From the IMG/VR virus record IMGVR_UViG_638275430_000001, positions 22,274 to 86,273 of that record: DNA of 64,000 bases; one strand, given 5' to 3'. The position numbers and the translations under genes were made by a program. The notes below the pieces were generated by a model, which saw only the letters and a list, made by a program, of their open reading frames with translations, was not told where the DNA came from and made no database searches. Below are positions 25,917 to 35,347 of the stretch, one piece after another. Numbering within the stretch: position 1 is the stretch's first letter; the number at the start of each line of letters is the position of its first letter. This DNA comes from a virus. Taxonomy: Duplodnaviria > Heunggongvirae > Uroviricota > Caudoviricetes.

Positions 25917-26437
25917 TAGTCATATCTCCATGGCAGATCGTACAGTTGTTCGAATTGACCGAATGATGTAGTGTAGAGTTGAACGGCTTCATAATCACCA
26001 TCATCAACAGCGATAGCATAATGTGCCATGCCTTTGTTGTCAATCAAAATCAAACAAGGATCTTCTTCCGCGATGCCAATTCGCACACTCTCGACTTTAG
26101 AGCTGGTTCGATCCCACAACAGTGTGATTCCGGTTTCGGCAACAACTTTCATTTCATCAACGAAATCGCCAACATTAATCACACTGCGATTGGTATAGAA
26201 AAGCTCGCCGTTTTCGATTGTATAATCGGACATATTGATTAGATACATCGGACGACCAATCGGGTCTTTCGCATTGTGCCAGCGTCCATTTTCAAACACA
26301 AGTTCGGAATAAGCAATATCTCCGATTGTGAGTTTGATAGAGTTTGATGTTACCTCAGTCAAAACACCTTGCAATCCTTTCACTCGAACAACATTGTCGA
26401 TTTCAACTTTTTTCTTGTCTTCCGAATAACGAAACAT
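25916..26437 (-). CDS. Hypothetical protein (173 aa)
   Basis: SD cgaggttaatATG. Confidence 0.5.
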   Translation of the reverse strand: MFRYSEDKKKVEIDNVVRVKGLQGVLTEVTSNSIKLTIGDIAYSELVFENGRWHNAKDPIGRPMYLINMSDYTIENGELFYTNRSVINVGDFVDEMKVVAETGITLLWDRTSSKVESVRIGIAEEDPCLILIDNKGMAHYAIAVDDGDYEAVQLYTTSFGQFEQLYDLPWRYD

Positions 26438-26438
26438 A

Positions 26439-26996
26439 TTAACCTCGGTATTGATTGATCACACATATGTGGGTATCGTTGACGAACATACTACCATTTG
26501 AGTCCGGTTCCACAAAGTAAAGTGTTTGGCCGGTGCCTACAATAACGCGCTCTTTGCCGTCTTCGTTTTTCACCACAATAGCATTTTTCTCACAACGACT
26601 CGGGTTAAAAATAATCTGATCTTTGTTGATTACAAACGACCCCACGGCAACAACTACACCCTTGTAATAGGTAGACTCGACGCAATAATCAATCTCTTCA
26701 CCAGCAGCGATTGGCTGCTTTACACCGTAATCATACAGCATACCAAGACTCATGCCATAGCGAGAGTTCATACCGCTGCCGGTGATTGTGTATCCGCGAT
26801 CTGGGTTATAACAGCGATACCGATATGATTTGGAACTCAGTTGATAGAAATCGAGTTCAACCTTTGCGCCAGTGTCGGTATCAGTCAGGTAAACTTTCTT
26901 GCCGTCGATTTTCTCGATAGTCAGGAGTTCGCCGCGATTGAGATTGATAACACTACCAATACCGAGTCGAATCGGATTAACAATTTTACAAATCAT
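26439..26996 (-). CDS. Hypothetical protein (185 aa)
   Basis: Same-strand operon. Confidence 0.5.
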   Translation of the reverse strand: MICKIVNPIRLGIGSVINLNRGELLTIEKIDGKKVYLTDTDTGAKVELDFYQLSSKSYRYRCYNPDRGYTITGSGMNSRYGMSLGMLYDYGVKQPIAAGEEIDYCVESTYYKGVVVAVGSFVINKDQIIFNPSRCEKNAIVVKNEDGKERVIVGTGQTLYFVEPDSNGSMFVNDTHICVINQYRG

Positions 26997-27166
26997 TTAT
27001 TCATCCTCATTTCACGTTTAAGCCGTTCGATACGCTGATTAACAGCGATACCGTCAGGAGTACACACAGAAGCACCGGAAGCGGTATGGATCTGCATAGC
27101 ATAAGCATTGATTTTGATCATCGGCTTGTACTTCATACGATTCATAAGGCGTTTCAGGTAGTTCAT
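26993..27166 (-). CDS. Hypothetical small protein (57 aa; start refined to MNYLKRL)
   Basis: SD ggagaacaccATG. Promoter TTGACA-N16-TATACT upstream. Confidence 0.45.
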   Translation of the reverse strand: MNYLKRLMNRMKYKPMIKINAYAMQIHTASGASVCTPDGIAVNQRIERLKREMRMNK

Positions 27167-27254
27167 GGTGTTCTCCGTGGTTGATAGCAAGAGTATAGCG
27201 ATTGGATTCCTACTGTCAAACACTATTTTCGTTCGAATAGTAATCTACTCCAGA

Positions 27255-27365
27255 AAGTCGCGCCAGCGACTGCGAAGCTAACTCATTGATTACCTTAAGG
27301 AAGACAAAATAGATTCTCATTAAAGATCTATAAGAGATTTTATTTTGTCTTTGTTCGCTACGCTC
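27255..27365. repeat. Copy 2 of the ~110-bp intergenic repeat (reverse complement of copy 1), inside a 300-nt intergenic region
   Basis: See copy 1. Flanks about 80% identical with 6-nt indels. Confidence 0.8.
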
Positions 27366-27466
27366 ACAAGTGCTGGCGCACGTTACCCGCGATTCCATTG
27401 CGTTCTAATACATTCGTATCAGTATAACGTAGGAATCGCCGGTACGTTGATACCAGAGCTTTTGGC

Positions 27467-27928
27467 TTAATATCTGAGTGTGGTAGGTGATAGTCCAATT
27501 ATACCACGATTGAAATCCAGCTCGATTCTATACCAGTTACCACGCTCTGTTTTCATATGGCTATCTCTTGTGACATCACAGTTCGGACTAGCCCATTGCA
27601 AAGTGTTTTTGATACCATCTGGAGTTCGATCTGAACTCATAACAACGATAACCCGTTTGCCTTCATTGACAATGCAACCACTGCTAATGAAATCAGCATT
27701 GAATCGACTTTCGGTAACATTAAATGGAGTCTGCACAAAACGCGCTGGAACGATTACCAAGTCGTTCCCTAGATAAACTGATATGTCTCCACTGTCCACG
27801 TCAAGCATCGCGTCCAATTTCGTTCCACACACGTAGGCGTGATATAACTCGATTACTTGATTCGCAGTCATTTCTGGGCGTTCTTTGTGTGCCCTGAACA
27901 TAGACATATTAACAATTTGAACTTTCAT
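27467..27928 (-). CDS. Hypothetical protein (153 aa)
   Basis: SD aggagaaataaATG. UUCG terminator upstream. Confidence 0.55.
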   Translation of the reverse strand: MKVQIVNMSMFRAHKERPEMTANQVIELYHAYVCGTKLDAMLDVDSGDISVYLGNDLVIVPARFVQTPFNVTESRFNADFISSGCIVNEGKRVIVVMSSDRTPDGIKNTLQWASPNCDVTRDSHMKTERGNWYRIELDFNRGIIGLSPTTLRY

Positions 27929-27947
27929 TTATTTCTCCTATGAAAAA

Positions 27948-27966
27948 GGGCCCGAAGGCCCTTTGT
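27948..27966 (-). terminator. C(UUCG)G hairpin (gggcc-ttcg-ggccc) + U-run
   Basis: aaaaagggcccgaaggccctttg. Confidence 0.6.
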
Positions 27967-28209
27967 TTAGATTGAATGTAACTTGATATTTCGAGTGGTA
28001 CATAGATGCAAATCGCAAATAGCGTCTACTTTAGTGCCGTCACTCAACACGATATCAAAAGAGTTGTATACGTTGGCACAAATGATTGTTACGTGTTCAC
28101 CGTATACTTGCGCTTTCAACAGCTTACCGAACACTTCGGCACCGTAAGCGAATTCCCACTCGGATGCATCTACCATGTCCAGCTTGATGATTTTTGCTTT
28201 AACATCCAT
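27967..28209 (-). CDS. Hypothetical protein (80 aa)
   Basis: Consensus leader caactgaggaatacatcATG. Confidence 0.55.
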   Translation of the reverse strand: MDVKAKIIKLDMVDASEWEFAYGAEVFGKLLKAQVYGEHVTIICANVYNSFDIVLSDGTKVDAICDLHLCTTRNIKLHSI

Positions 28210-28263
28210 GATGTATTCCTCAGTTGTTTGGCTTCAATGTGGACATAATATCAGGTTCGAAAA

Positions 28264-28623
28264 TCAGTGCAAGCACTTTTTCATGAATTCATAATGTTTT
28301 TGTTTGTTGAAGGTATAGCGAAATTCAGGACGAGCCACGATACCTTCAAACAACACCGGAGATTTTGCAATCACGGTAACATCATATCCGACCAACTCAC
28401 GCTTGCAATGAACATTCGGTACCTTGATTTCGGATTCACGATTGATCGGAACGTACATCGGAACACCATAAACAACTTGCACAGCAAACACTTGCACCGT
28501 TTTCTTGATCATCGCCGGAATAGTGAAAATCTCTTTGATCTTCACGCCCTCGATATGGCCGTTTGCGATCATCTGCTGATATACTGCCATTGACGCTTTC
28601 ATGTCTTCTTTCTTGATAAACAT
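28264..28623 (-). CDS. Hypothetical protein (119 aa)
   Basis: Early promoter/leader upstream. Confidence 0.5.
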   Translation of the reverse strand: MFIKKEDMKASMAVYQQMIANGHIEGVKIKEIFTIPAMIKKTVQVFAVQVVYGVPMYVPINRESEIKVPNVHCKRELVGYDVTVIAKSPVLFEGIVARPEFRYTFNKQKHYEFMKKCLH

Positions 28624-28633
28624 AGTATTTTCC

Positions 28634-28861
28634 TTAAATCAGTTCGATGAATTTAGATGGGATATCTTCAAACAGAATACAGTTCAGCTCAAAGCTATAA
28701 CCGTTTTCTGTCTCTTCTATTTCAAACTCGGTCTTTTGTTCAGCATGATAGAAGAAAACATGGAGACCGTGAATACCAACAAGTTCATAGAGAAAATCAC
28801 TTTCATCGGATGAACAATAGGCATCAATAGCTATGCCGAAATCTTTGATACGTGCTTTCAT
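28634..28861 (-). CDS. Hypothetical protein (75 aa)
   Basis: Same-strand ORF. Confidence 0.45.
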   Translation of the reverse strand: MKARIKDFGIAIDAYCSSDESDFLYELVGIHGLHVFFYHAEQKTEFEIEETENGYSFELNCILFEDIPSKFIELI

Positions 28862-29244
28862 TAACGACCGTCCTTACAAGAAATGAAACCGAAGATACCG
28901 AGTTTAGAGCCCTGGGACATTGCATCTTGCCACTTGCTTACATGACCACGAACATACTTAGTAGCAGCTTTCCAACCGTTGGCTTTCAGAATCTCTCCGG
29001 TTTCCATGTTCACAAACCAAACAACACTACGGGTAGATTGATTCGCATAGTCGGCTCGGAAGATTCTGGCATTCTTTTTGCCGAACTCAATGCCGTACAC
29101 ATAGCGAGAAATATTACCGTCTACCAGACGCTGGGCATGGTCTTGCTCATAACGCTTGAAGAAATCTGGAACACTGATATCAAAATAAACGTGATCCGAA
29201 AACTCGTTCATTTCTTTTACCATTTGTTCGATTGCTGCTTTCAT
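28861..29244 (-). CDS. Hypothetical protein (127 aa)
   Basis: Consensus leader aactgaggaattcataATG. Confidence 0.55.
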   Translation of the reverse strand: MKAAIEQMVKEMNEFSDHVYFDISVPDFFKRYEQDHAQRLVDGNISRYVYGIEFGKKNARIFRADYANQSTRSVVWFVNMETGEILKANGWKAATKYVRGHVSKWQDAMSQGSKLGIFGFISCKDGR

Positions 29245-29314
29245 TATGAATTCCTCAGTTCTTGTTTCGATGTGGACATATTATCAGGTCCACACCCAGC
29301 GTCAAGCAATTTTC

Positions 29315-29914
29315 TTAATTATTTTCGTCTGTATTTTCGTACAGATGATTGATTTTAGAAACATCAAATTGGTGATCGATTTCATCAAACACTTTTTGTA
29401 CCATTTCTTTGATTTCGGCATTGTGAAGTGGACAAGTCCGATCAACTCGACGGAACGGATCTCCGCGACGGTGTTCCGGACAAGTGCAGTGTGGCAGATT
29501 GTATTTGTGGAAAGACGAATCGATATCAAAACCCCAGAGAGATTGCAATTCGTATTCGATGTCCTTTAGCCATGCAAGATGTTTGGCAATACGCTGTTTC
29601 TGTATCACATTACCAACAGTACCTGGACTATAAAGTTTCTCGTTTTGAAGTTGCTTTACATGGATATCCCGATAGTGTTGCAACTGATCGATCTTGAGAA
29701 TCGTTTCATCCGACAGATTTCGAGAGATAGCCAGATCCAGATTAACGGTAGTGTGACGCTGTTTGATAGCGCGTTCCCATTGTTCAGCCATAAAAGCAAT
29801 GATCTTTTGTGCATTCGGCCGGTCTTTTGCTTCGAACACGCCGAGAAGTTTCAGCGCGTCTTTCTGTGCCAGAAAGATACGGAGTTTATCCGCATCAGTT
29901 ATCAGTTTTTTCAT
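29315..29914 (-). CDS. Hypothetical protein (199 aa; start refined to MKKLITDAD). C-terminal Cys/His-rich (HCTCPEH..CPLH)
   Basis: SD tggagtttgtcaATG. Consensus promoter upstream. Confidence 0.5.
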   Translation of the reverse strand: MKKLITDADKLRIFLAQKDALKLLGVFEAKDRPNAQKIIAFMAEQWERAIKQRHTTVNLDLAISRNLSDETILKIDQLQHYRDIHVKQLQNEKLYSPGTVGNVIQKQRIAKHLAWLKDIEYELQSLWGFDIDSSFHKYNLPHCTCPEHRRGDPFRRVDRTCPLHNAEIKEMVQKVFDEIDHQFDVSKINHLYENTDENN

Positions 29915-30137
29915 TGACAAACTCCATAAATTCTTTTTCGTAGCCACGATTGATTGCGAACGATACCACATCTTCACCGCCAGCTATCATGTGACGACGA
30001 ACAGATTCCAAGAAGTAATCGAACTCACTGAAACCATGTGAACTTTGCATTTTCAGATGCCAGTTGATCTTTTGATCCAATTCTTTCAGATTGATTGAAT
30101 GATGTTTCCAATGAAAAACTCGACTTTGATTTTTCAT
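29895..30137 (-). CDS. Hypothetical protein (~80 aa; start MKNQSRV)
   Basis: SD acggagtcgttATG. Confidence 0.4.
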   Translation of the reverse strand: MKNQSRVFHWKHHSINLKELDQKINWHLKMQSSHGFSEFDYFLESVRRHMIAGGEDVVSFAINRGYEKEFMEFVNEKTDN

Positions 30138-30191
30138 AACGACTCCGTTTTGTATCTGGGACCAATATAACATGGTCCCAGATAGAGTCAA

Positions 30192-31073
30192 TCAATTTTT
30201 ACCAACATACCAAGCGAATACGCTATGAAATGCGGAGCTTGCACTCTTACCGCCACGAGCTTCGTATTCGGCAATGAATTTCACGCGATCACGGATACCT
30301 TCTTCCCACAGAACATTAGCCAGTTTGGACGGACGATGACGAACAATTTCACCACTTGGTGCAGCATAACGCTTTTTACCGTCTCCCGTATCAACTACTT
30401 GGGCAGCTACTTTCTTGCCAACGACTTTAGCCGGAACTTTGATCTCGACTTTGTTTTGTTTGACTTCTACCTTCTGGGTTACAACGGTAACAGTCGGAGC
30501 AGCTTCACCCTTGCGAGTCGGTACATAAGTCAGCATGGATTTATCTTGCGGGCCAACATAATCGAACGGCTTGATTGGGTGTTTGCCATTGCGAGTGCGA
30601 TAAACGTGGCCTTTCTGAATGTTATCATGAACTTTCTTGTTAACAACGACTTTCTGACCAGCAACACCGTAAACGTGTTGGTTGACAGGTACTTCCAGAT
30701 CGTGATAAGTCTTACCGCTACCACCCATCATTTTGTGAATATACTGCCAACGAGCGTCATGTCCACTTTTACCTCGTTGTACATAATCAACAATATGTGC
30801 AACTTCGTGACTTACGGTTTCGTCAAGCAGATGCCACCAAGCTTTCTCGCTCATGATCATCATGTTAACGTTGAAATTCAGCTCATACTTGCGATTGAAG
30901 CTATAGCCTTGCATCATTGCGCGACCAGCAGAGCGAGCGCGAAGAGTGAATTTTACTGCCAGATTCTTACCAATCACGAGGTCAACACCGAACAGTTCGT
31001 TGGCTTTTTTAACTTCGATTTCTACCCGGGCTTTGAGTGCTGCGATTGCTTGATCTTTCAGATTCAAAGTCAT
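30192..31073 (-). CDS. SprT-like zinc metallopeptidase-domain protein (HEVAH...H) with Lys/Val-rich C-terminal tail
   Basis: 293 aa. Motif TVSHEVAHIVDYVQRGKSGHDARW. Start refined to MTLNLKD using the conserved leader cactgaggaaaacatcATG. Confidence 0.6.
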   Translation of the reverse strand: MTLNLKDQAIAALKARVEIEVKKANELFGVDLVIGKNLAVKFTLRARSAGRAMMQGYSFNRKYELNFNVNMMIMSEKAWWHLLDETVSHEVAHIVDYVQRGKSGHDARWQYIHKMMGGSGKTYHDLEVPVNQHVYGVAGQKVVVNKKVHDNIQKGHVYRTRNGKHPIKPFDYVGPQDKSMLTYVPTRKGEAAPTVTVVTQKVEVKQNKVEIKVPAKVVGKKVAAQVVDTGDGKKRYAAPSGEIVRHRPSKLANVLWEEGIRDRVKFIAEYEARGGKSASSAFHSVFAWYVGKN

Positions 31074-31164
31074 GATGTTTTCCTCAGTGCATTTCATTGA
31101 TTGGTTTCGATGTGTCCATAATAACAGGCAGATCCCAAGCGTCAACAATTTTTTGGAAATAAAA

Positions 31165-31186
31165 ATCCGCCCGAAGGCGGATCATC
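31165..31186 (-). terminator. C(UUCG)G hairpin terminator fused to the downstream early promoter (PeSL-like)
   Basis: aaaaatccgcccgaaggcggatca. Confidence 0.65.
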
Positions 31187-31478
31187 ATTTCTTTGTTGCT
31201 AGTCTTAGCAAATGTCTGAGCTGGGCACTGTCAATATTCGTTTTGATTTGCTCGGCGAGATCTGCTGGATTTGAATCCGGTAGCGCATCAGCATAAGCTT
31301 GATAAACATCGTCAGCACTATCAAACCCACGATATCGCTTGATCCGATTTCTGGTGATTGACTGCACAAGATACGATTCAAACTGATCGCGATAGATGCC
31401 AGATTTCACCAACATTCGATCAATAAAAGCGGCAATGTGATAAAGAACATACAACAAGACAAATTGAACGTGTTTCAT
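31185..31478 (-). CDS. Small membrane protein (97 aa, N-terminal TM)
   Basis: SD aaggagaaatATG. Downstream of the SPFH gene. Confidence 0.5.
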   Translation of the reverse strand: MKHVQFVLLYVLYHIAAFIDRMLVKSGIYRDQFESYLVQSITRNRIKRYRGFDSADDVYQAYADALPDSNPADLAEQIKTNIDSAQLRHLLRLATKK

Positions 31479-31497
31479 ATTTCTCCTTAAAAGAAAA

Positions 31498-31517
31498 GAG
31501 GGCTTTCGCCCTCTCTT
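31498..31517 (-). terminator. Hairpin gagggc-gaaa-gccctc + U-run
   Basis: aaagagggctttcgccctctc. Confidence 0.55.
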
Positions 31518-31519
31518 GA

Positions 31520-32467
31520 TTACTGCATTTGTTTCAGAAACAGCGGAGCTTGTCCGTTGCCCATCATAGTGAAGTTAGCAGGTACTTGACCGTTCCAACC
31601 GGCACCAGCTTTCTTCATTTCAACTTCCAGACGCTTCAACTCGATGATCTGCGGAGTCAGAGAAGATGCCAGTTTCTGGTTACCAATCGCAGTTTGTTCA
31701 GCCATGTAACGATCTGCATCTGCTTTCTGTTTTACACCGTCAGCATAAGCTTTGGCTTGAACGAAAGTCTGGTAAGCAGCGGCTTCAAACTTCGCTTTGT
31801 CTGCGGCAGCTTGACCCTTAGCAGTTGCTTCGGTAGTCTGTGCGGCAGTGGTAGCGATTCGCAGCTGGGATTTCTCAGCTTCTTCCTTCTGGATTCGATC
31901 TTGAGTTTGCAGAATTTGATTCTGAATACGCGGATCGAAAGTTACATCTTGCACCAGAACTTCTTGCAGAGTGATACCAGTGCCGGTCAGTGCTTCTTGC
32001 AGACGACGCTTGGTATTCTCTTGCATCGCGGTTACATTGAAGCTATCAGCCAGACCACGGGAGTCGGCAATCTTACGGCCTTCGTCTTTGATAATGCTAG
32101 TCAGGAACTGAGACATCGCTTTATCAACAAACATTTCCATAGTACCGTAGTTCTTTTTGATGAACGGGGTCTTGGAGTTGTCTACACGATACAACACGGT
32201 AACGTTTGCGGTACTGTTGAAACGGTCTTTAGTCGGGATCAGCAAGTTTTCTTTAACAAACTTGTTGTTCCGGGTATCGAAAGTATCAAATCCCATGAAC
32301 GGGTTTACAAAGTGCAGACCTTCTTCCAGCGGACGATCTTGAACTTCACCCATCAGAGTACCGACTTTGGTAGTACCCGCATCGACGATGGTATAAGAGT
32401 TCATACCCACGATTGCAGCGAACAGAACACCAACAGCAACACCACCAAGTTTAAACATATCGTTCAT
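31520..32467 (-). CDS. SPFH/band-7 (HflK/C, prohibitin-like) membrane protein
   Basis: 315 aa. N-terminal TM, SPFH core, Ala/Gln/Lys-rich coiled-coil C-terminus. Confidence 0.65.
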   Translation of the reverse strand: MNDMFKLGGVAVGVLFAAIVGMNSYTIVDAGTTKVGTLMGEVQDRPLEEGLHFVNPFMGFDTFDTRNNKFVKENLLIPTKDRFNSTANVTVLYRVDNSKTPFIKKNYGTMEMFVDKAMSQFLTSIIKDEGRKIADSRGLADSFNVTAMQENTKRRLQEALTGTGITLQEVLVQDVTFDPRIQNQILQTQDRIQKEEAEKSQLRIATTAAQTTEATAKGQAAADKAKFEAAAYQTFVQAKAYADGVKQKADADRYMAEQTAIGNQKLASSLTPQIIELKRLEVEMKKAGAGWNGQVPANFTMMGNGQAPLFLKQMQ

Positions 32468-32811
32468 TAAACATTCCTTTTATATTCTCCCATAACATCT
32501 TGATAATTTTCGATGTTAAAAGCTGGGAGAGAGCAGCTTAGATTAGAATCACAGAAGTGATTCACCAGTTGATCGATAACACTGTCAGTAAGACGGAAGT
32601 TATCGGCTTCATAAGTTTCCCAGGCATCACGTATCATTTGTTCGGTGACTGAAAAACAGAAATTGTTAACGCCATACACTTTGATTTCGATTTCTTTGTT
32701 ATCGAACAGTGCAATCAGATTTTGCACATTCGGGCTAGTGACCATGTTTGCGCTAGTTGCGTTATAGATACCACGAGCATTAATAACAGCGTTTACAGTA
32801 ACAAAGTGCAT
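32467..32811 (-). CDS. Hypothetical protein (114 aa)
   Basis: Consensus leader caatgaggaaaacatcATG. Dyad hairpin promoter. Confidence 0.55.
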   Translation of the reverse strand: MHFVTVNAVINARGIYNATSANMVTSPNVQNLIALFDNKEIEIKVYGVNNFCFSVTEQMIRDAWETYEADNFRLTDSVIDQLVNHFCDSNLSCSLPAFNIENYQDVMGEYKRNV

Positions 32812-32881
32812 GATGTTTTCCTCATTGATTTGATAGAGCCATTATCGCATGGCTCTGGGCGATAGTCAACAACTTTTTTAA

Positions 32882-33319
32882 TTAACTGCGGTCATCATCG
32901 AGGCTCGGTTCGTCCCAGTAATCATCCATTTCAAGAGGATAATCCCAATTCAACGAATCAAACCTAGATTCGCGTGGTTTAAAGTCGATCATCAACTCTT
33001 TGCACATTTTCAGATAACGCTCAGCCGCTTTCCGTTTAAAGAACAGACGATGGCTATTATACCCGTTTTTGATACCCACGTTGCAGTCGATCAGACTGAA
33101 TTCGCTGTTATGATTGCCGATAGTACCATCACTGAATACATAGCCAGCGGGAACAAACAGAGAATCGCTTTCTCGCAGAGGTTTCGGAATATTCTTCCAG
33201 ATGTGAACTTGCGGACGACCACGAACAACGTACTTGGTAACAAACGAACTTTCGCCAAGCGCATGGACATAGTATACAGTTTTGCCAGCTTTGATATTCT
33301 TTTTGTTCATCTTTTTCAT
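32882..33319 (-). CDS. Hypothetical protein (145 aa)
   Basis: Consensus leader cgagaggaaataatcATG. Confidence 0.55.
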   Translation of the reverse strand: MKKMNKKNIKAGKTVYYVHALGESSFVTKYVVRGRPQVHIWKNIPKPLRESDSLFVPAGYVFSDGTIGNHNSEFSLIDCNVGIKNGYNSHRLFFKRKAAERYLKMCKELMIDFKPRESRFDSLNWDYPLEMDDYWDEPSLDDDRS

Positions 33320-33387
33320 GATTATTTCCTCTCGTTTCGATGTAGTTAGTTTAACAGGTCACACATTGTTGTCAACGACTTTTTGAG

Positions 33388-33642
33388 TTATTTTGCCCAA
33401 CCCGGTTTGTAGCATTCCCAAGTGATTTCGATACCACACTCATCGGCGATTTGTTGTGCCGTTTCATGTGCATCCACCAGACTATCTTCAAAATCTTCGA
33501 AAATCTCTTGTCCAAAAACTTCTTCGGCAGCACCAGTTGCTTTTACACCGTAATGCTCTTCCAGAACATCTTCATCGTTTTCATCTTGAGCCACAACAGC
33601 TTCGTAAGAATAGATGATAACTTGAGTGATTTCTTTGGACAT
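33388..33642 (-). CDS. Hypothetical acidic protein (84 aa)
   Basis: Consensus promoter upstream. Confidence 0.5.
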   Translation of the reverse strand: MSKEITQVIIYSYEAVVAQDENDEDVLEEHYGVKATGAAEEVFGQEIFEDFEDSLVDAHETAQQIADECGIEITWECYKPGWAK

Positions 33643-33706
33643 GATACTTTCTCTTTGTTGTCTTGATGTGGCCCATTATAACAGCAATGAGCCACACAGT
33701 CAAGCA

Positions 33707-34636
33707 CTAAGAAAAGAAATTTCGAACTTTTTTCTTAATGATCTTGCACCACAAATCCCTGATAATAGCGTTGATAACAGGCATCATCTGCTTGTAGATC
33801 TTCGCGCTTTCATCGGTAGTGCCGTGCGCACCCGCAATCCGCTTTTTGAAGTGGTCCACGGTGATACCAACTTGACAACCAGCACTTACCATAACTTTGT
33901 CGTCTTGAGTGAAAAACAGAACATTGCGACCACGCTTACCACAACCAGAAAGCAGGAAATGATCGCCGACATTCAGATTCGCATATGACGGCAGATTGAT
34001 CTTGAACAGCTTAACGCATTCGCCAATCTTGTTGCCTTCGTTGCAGTGGACAGCGCCCAGACTCGCGTATTGTTCGATTACGCTAAGATTGCAGATATGG
34101 GATTCGAAGATATCAACAGACCGTTTGATTTCGCAATGTTCACCAATCATGGAGTTTCGAACTTTAACGCCGTCCCACAGTTTAGCGTATTGACGAATTT
34201 CCGTTCCGGTTCCGATATTGCAAGATGAACTAATGCGAACATTATTTCGAATTCGGCAACGCTCATAGATAGTGGTATTATATCCGATTCTAACGCTTTC
34301 GCCAATTACGGTATCACGTTTAATCGTAACGTTATCGTCAATATCAACGTTATCCATGATAACAACATCGTCTCCGATTTGAGAACGAGTGCCGATGCGG
34401 CAGTTTTCTCCGATACAGCAACTACCGATTCTTCCGCTCACGAAACGCGAACTGAAAACTGTACCCTTTCCAACCCAGAATTTCTCAGTTGTCTTTGGCA
34501 TTTCCACGATGTTTTCGATTTTAGCGCCGATATCACCGTTGTTAATGAAAATATCCTTTCCCGCTGGGTTGTAAAACTTAAAATATGTCAATGCTTCAAT
34601 GTGACCATCGTCATTGATTTTCCAGAGTTCAGTCAT
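33707..34636 (-). CDS. Left-handed beta-helix (hexapeptide-repeat) protein, acyl/acetyltransferase-like
   Basis: 309 aa. Many [LIV]G..x..IG hexad repeats (IGSCCIGENCRIGTRSQIGDDVVIMDNVDIDDNVTI...). Confidence 0.55.
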   Translation of the reverse strand: MTELWKINDDGHIEALTYFKFYNPAGKDIFINNGDIGAKIENIVEMPKTTEKFWVGKGTVFSSRFVSGRIGSCCIGENCRIGTRSQIGDDVVIMDNVDIDDNVTIKRDTVIGESVRIGYNTTIYERCRIRNNVRISSSCNIGTGTEIRQYAKLWDGVKVRNSMIGEHCEIKRSVDIFESHICNLSVIEQYASLGAVHCNEGNKIGECVKLFKINLPSYANLNVGDHFLLSGCGKRGRNVLFFTQDDKVMVSAGCQVGITVDHFKKRIAGAHGTTDESAKIYKQMMPVINAIIRDLWCKIIKKKVRNFFS

Positions 34637-34638
34637 GA

Positions 34639-34779
34639 TTAGTTCACCATATTATGAAAAGCGTTAACACAAACAATCAGAGCGAACAGCGCCCGCATTT
34701 GATCCGGTTCAGCAAAGAATACACCATAAGCGCCAAGCAATGCAATGCAAATCATCACAATTTTATTTTTCTTGTTCAT
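34639..34779 (-). CDS. Small membrane protein (46 aa; MNKKNKIVMICIALLGAYGVFF...)
   Basis: ATGA overlap with the upstream gene stop. The longer track ORF 34639..34938 overlaps another gene. Confidence 0.4.
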   Translation of the reverse strand: MNKKNKIVMICIALLGAYGVFFAEPDQMRALFALIVCVNAFHNMVN

Positions 34780-35039
34780 AGATCTTTGTCCAGTTCGACT
34801 ATAGTTTTCATATGAGAGATAACGGATTTGATAGTCGTAAATCTCACATGGCGCTGACTGCAATTGTTTGTGATTGTGTACCCAAACAGATTTGGAGTAA
34901 CCCAGTATGACATGCATTCCAGATTCACAACGCAACAATCACGGTACCGCTCGAACTTGATACCTTCTTTTTTCAGAAGTTTAGCGACTTCACCAACACG
35001 GCGTGACATGATAGATCGCGTGATATCTTCGATTAACAC
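34776..35039 (-). CDS. Hypothetical protein (87 aa, GTG start)
   Basis: SD tggagatcgaaaaGTG. Confidence 0.4.
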   Translation of the reverse strand: MLIEDITRSIMSRRVGEVAKLLKKEGIKFERYRDCCVVNLECMSYWVTPNLFGYTITNNCSQRHVRFTTIKSVISHMKTIVELDKDL

Positions 35040-35347
35040 TTTTCGATCTCCACTCTGGAATTACCCCAAGTTTGAATCGCTCGGATCATTTCTTCTTCGT
35101 TTCCGAAGATAGTCGATACCTTATCACATATCCGCTTCTTATAGCTGGAAGTTGATGTGCAACGGAAGTTGGTCTGTTTTACAAAGATATCGGCAATTGC
35201 TTGTGATTGCGCGTGATTTGAAATCCACACTTCCAGTTGAAAACGAGTGCCAAACTGGGTAGAACTAACAACAACATTGTGATAACTGAAACCCAGCTTC
35301 TCCAGCATTTGCTTTACAACGATTTGCAATTCTTGCTTGATAGTCAT
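35033..35347 (-). CDS. Hypothetical protein (104 aa)
   Basis: SD ctggagactaacgtATG. Confidence 0.5.
   Translation of the reverse strand: MTIKQELQIVVKQMLEKLGFSYHNVVVSSTQFGTRFQLEVWISNHAQSQAIADIFVKQTNFRCTSTSSYKKRICDKVSTIFGNEEEMIRAIQTWGNSRVEIEKC

Noticed and set aside
34639-34938. 99-aa track ORF with an N-terminal 53-aa extension
   Set aside because: The extension overlaps 34776..35039 in another frame. The ATGA-coupled 46-aa membrane peptide starting at 34779 is more parsimonious.
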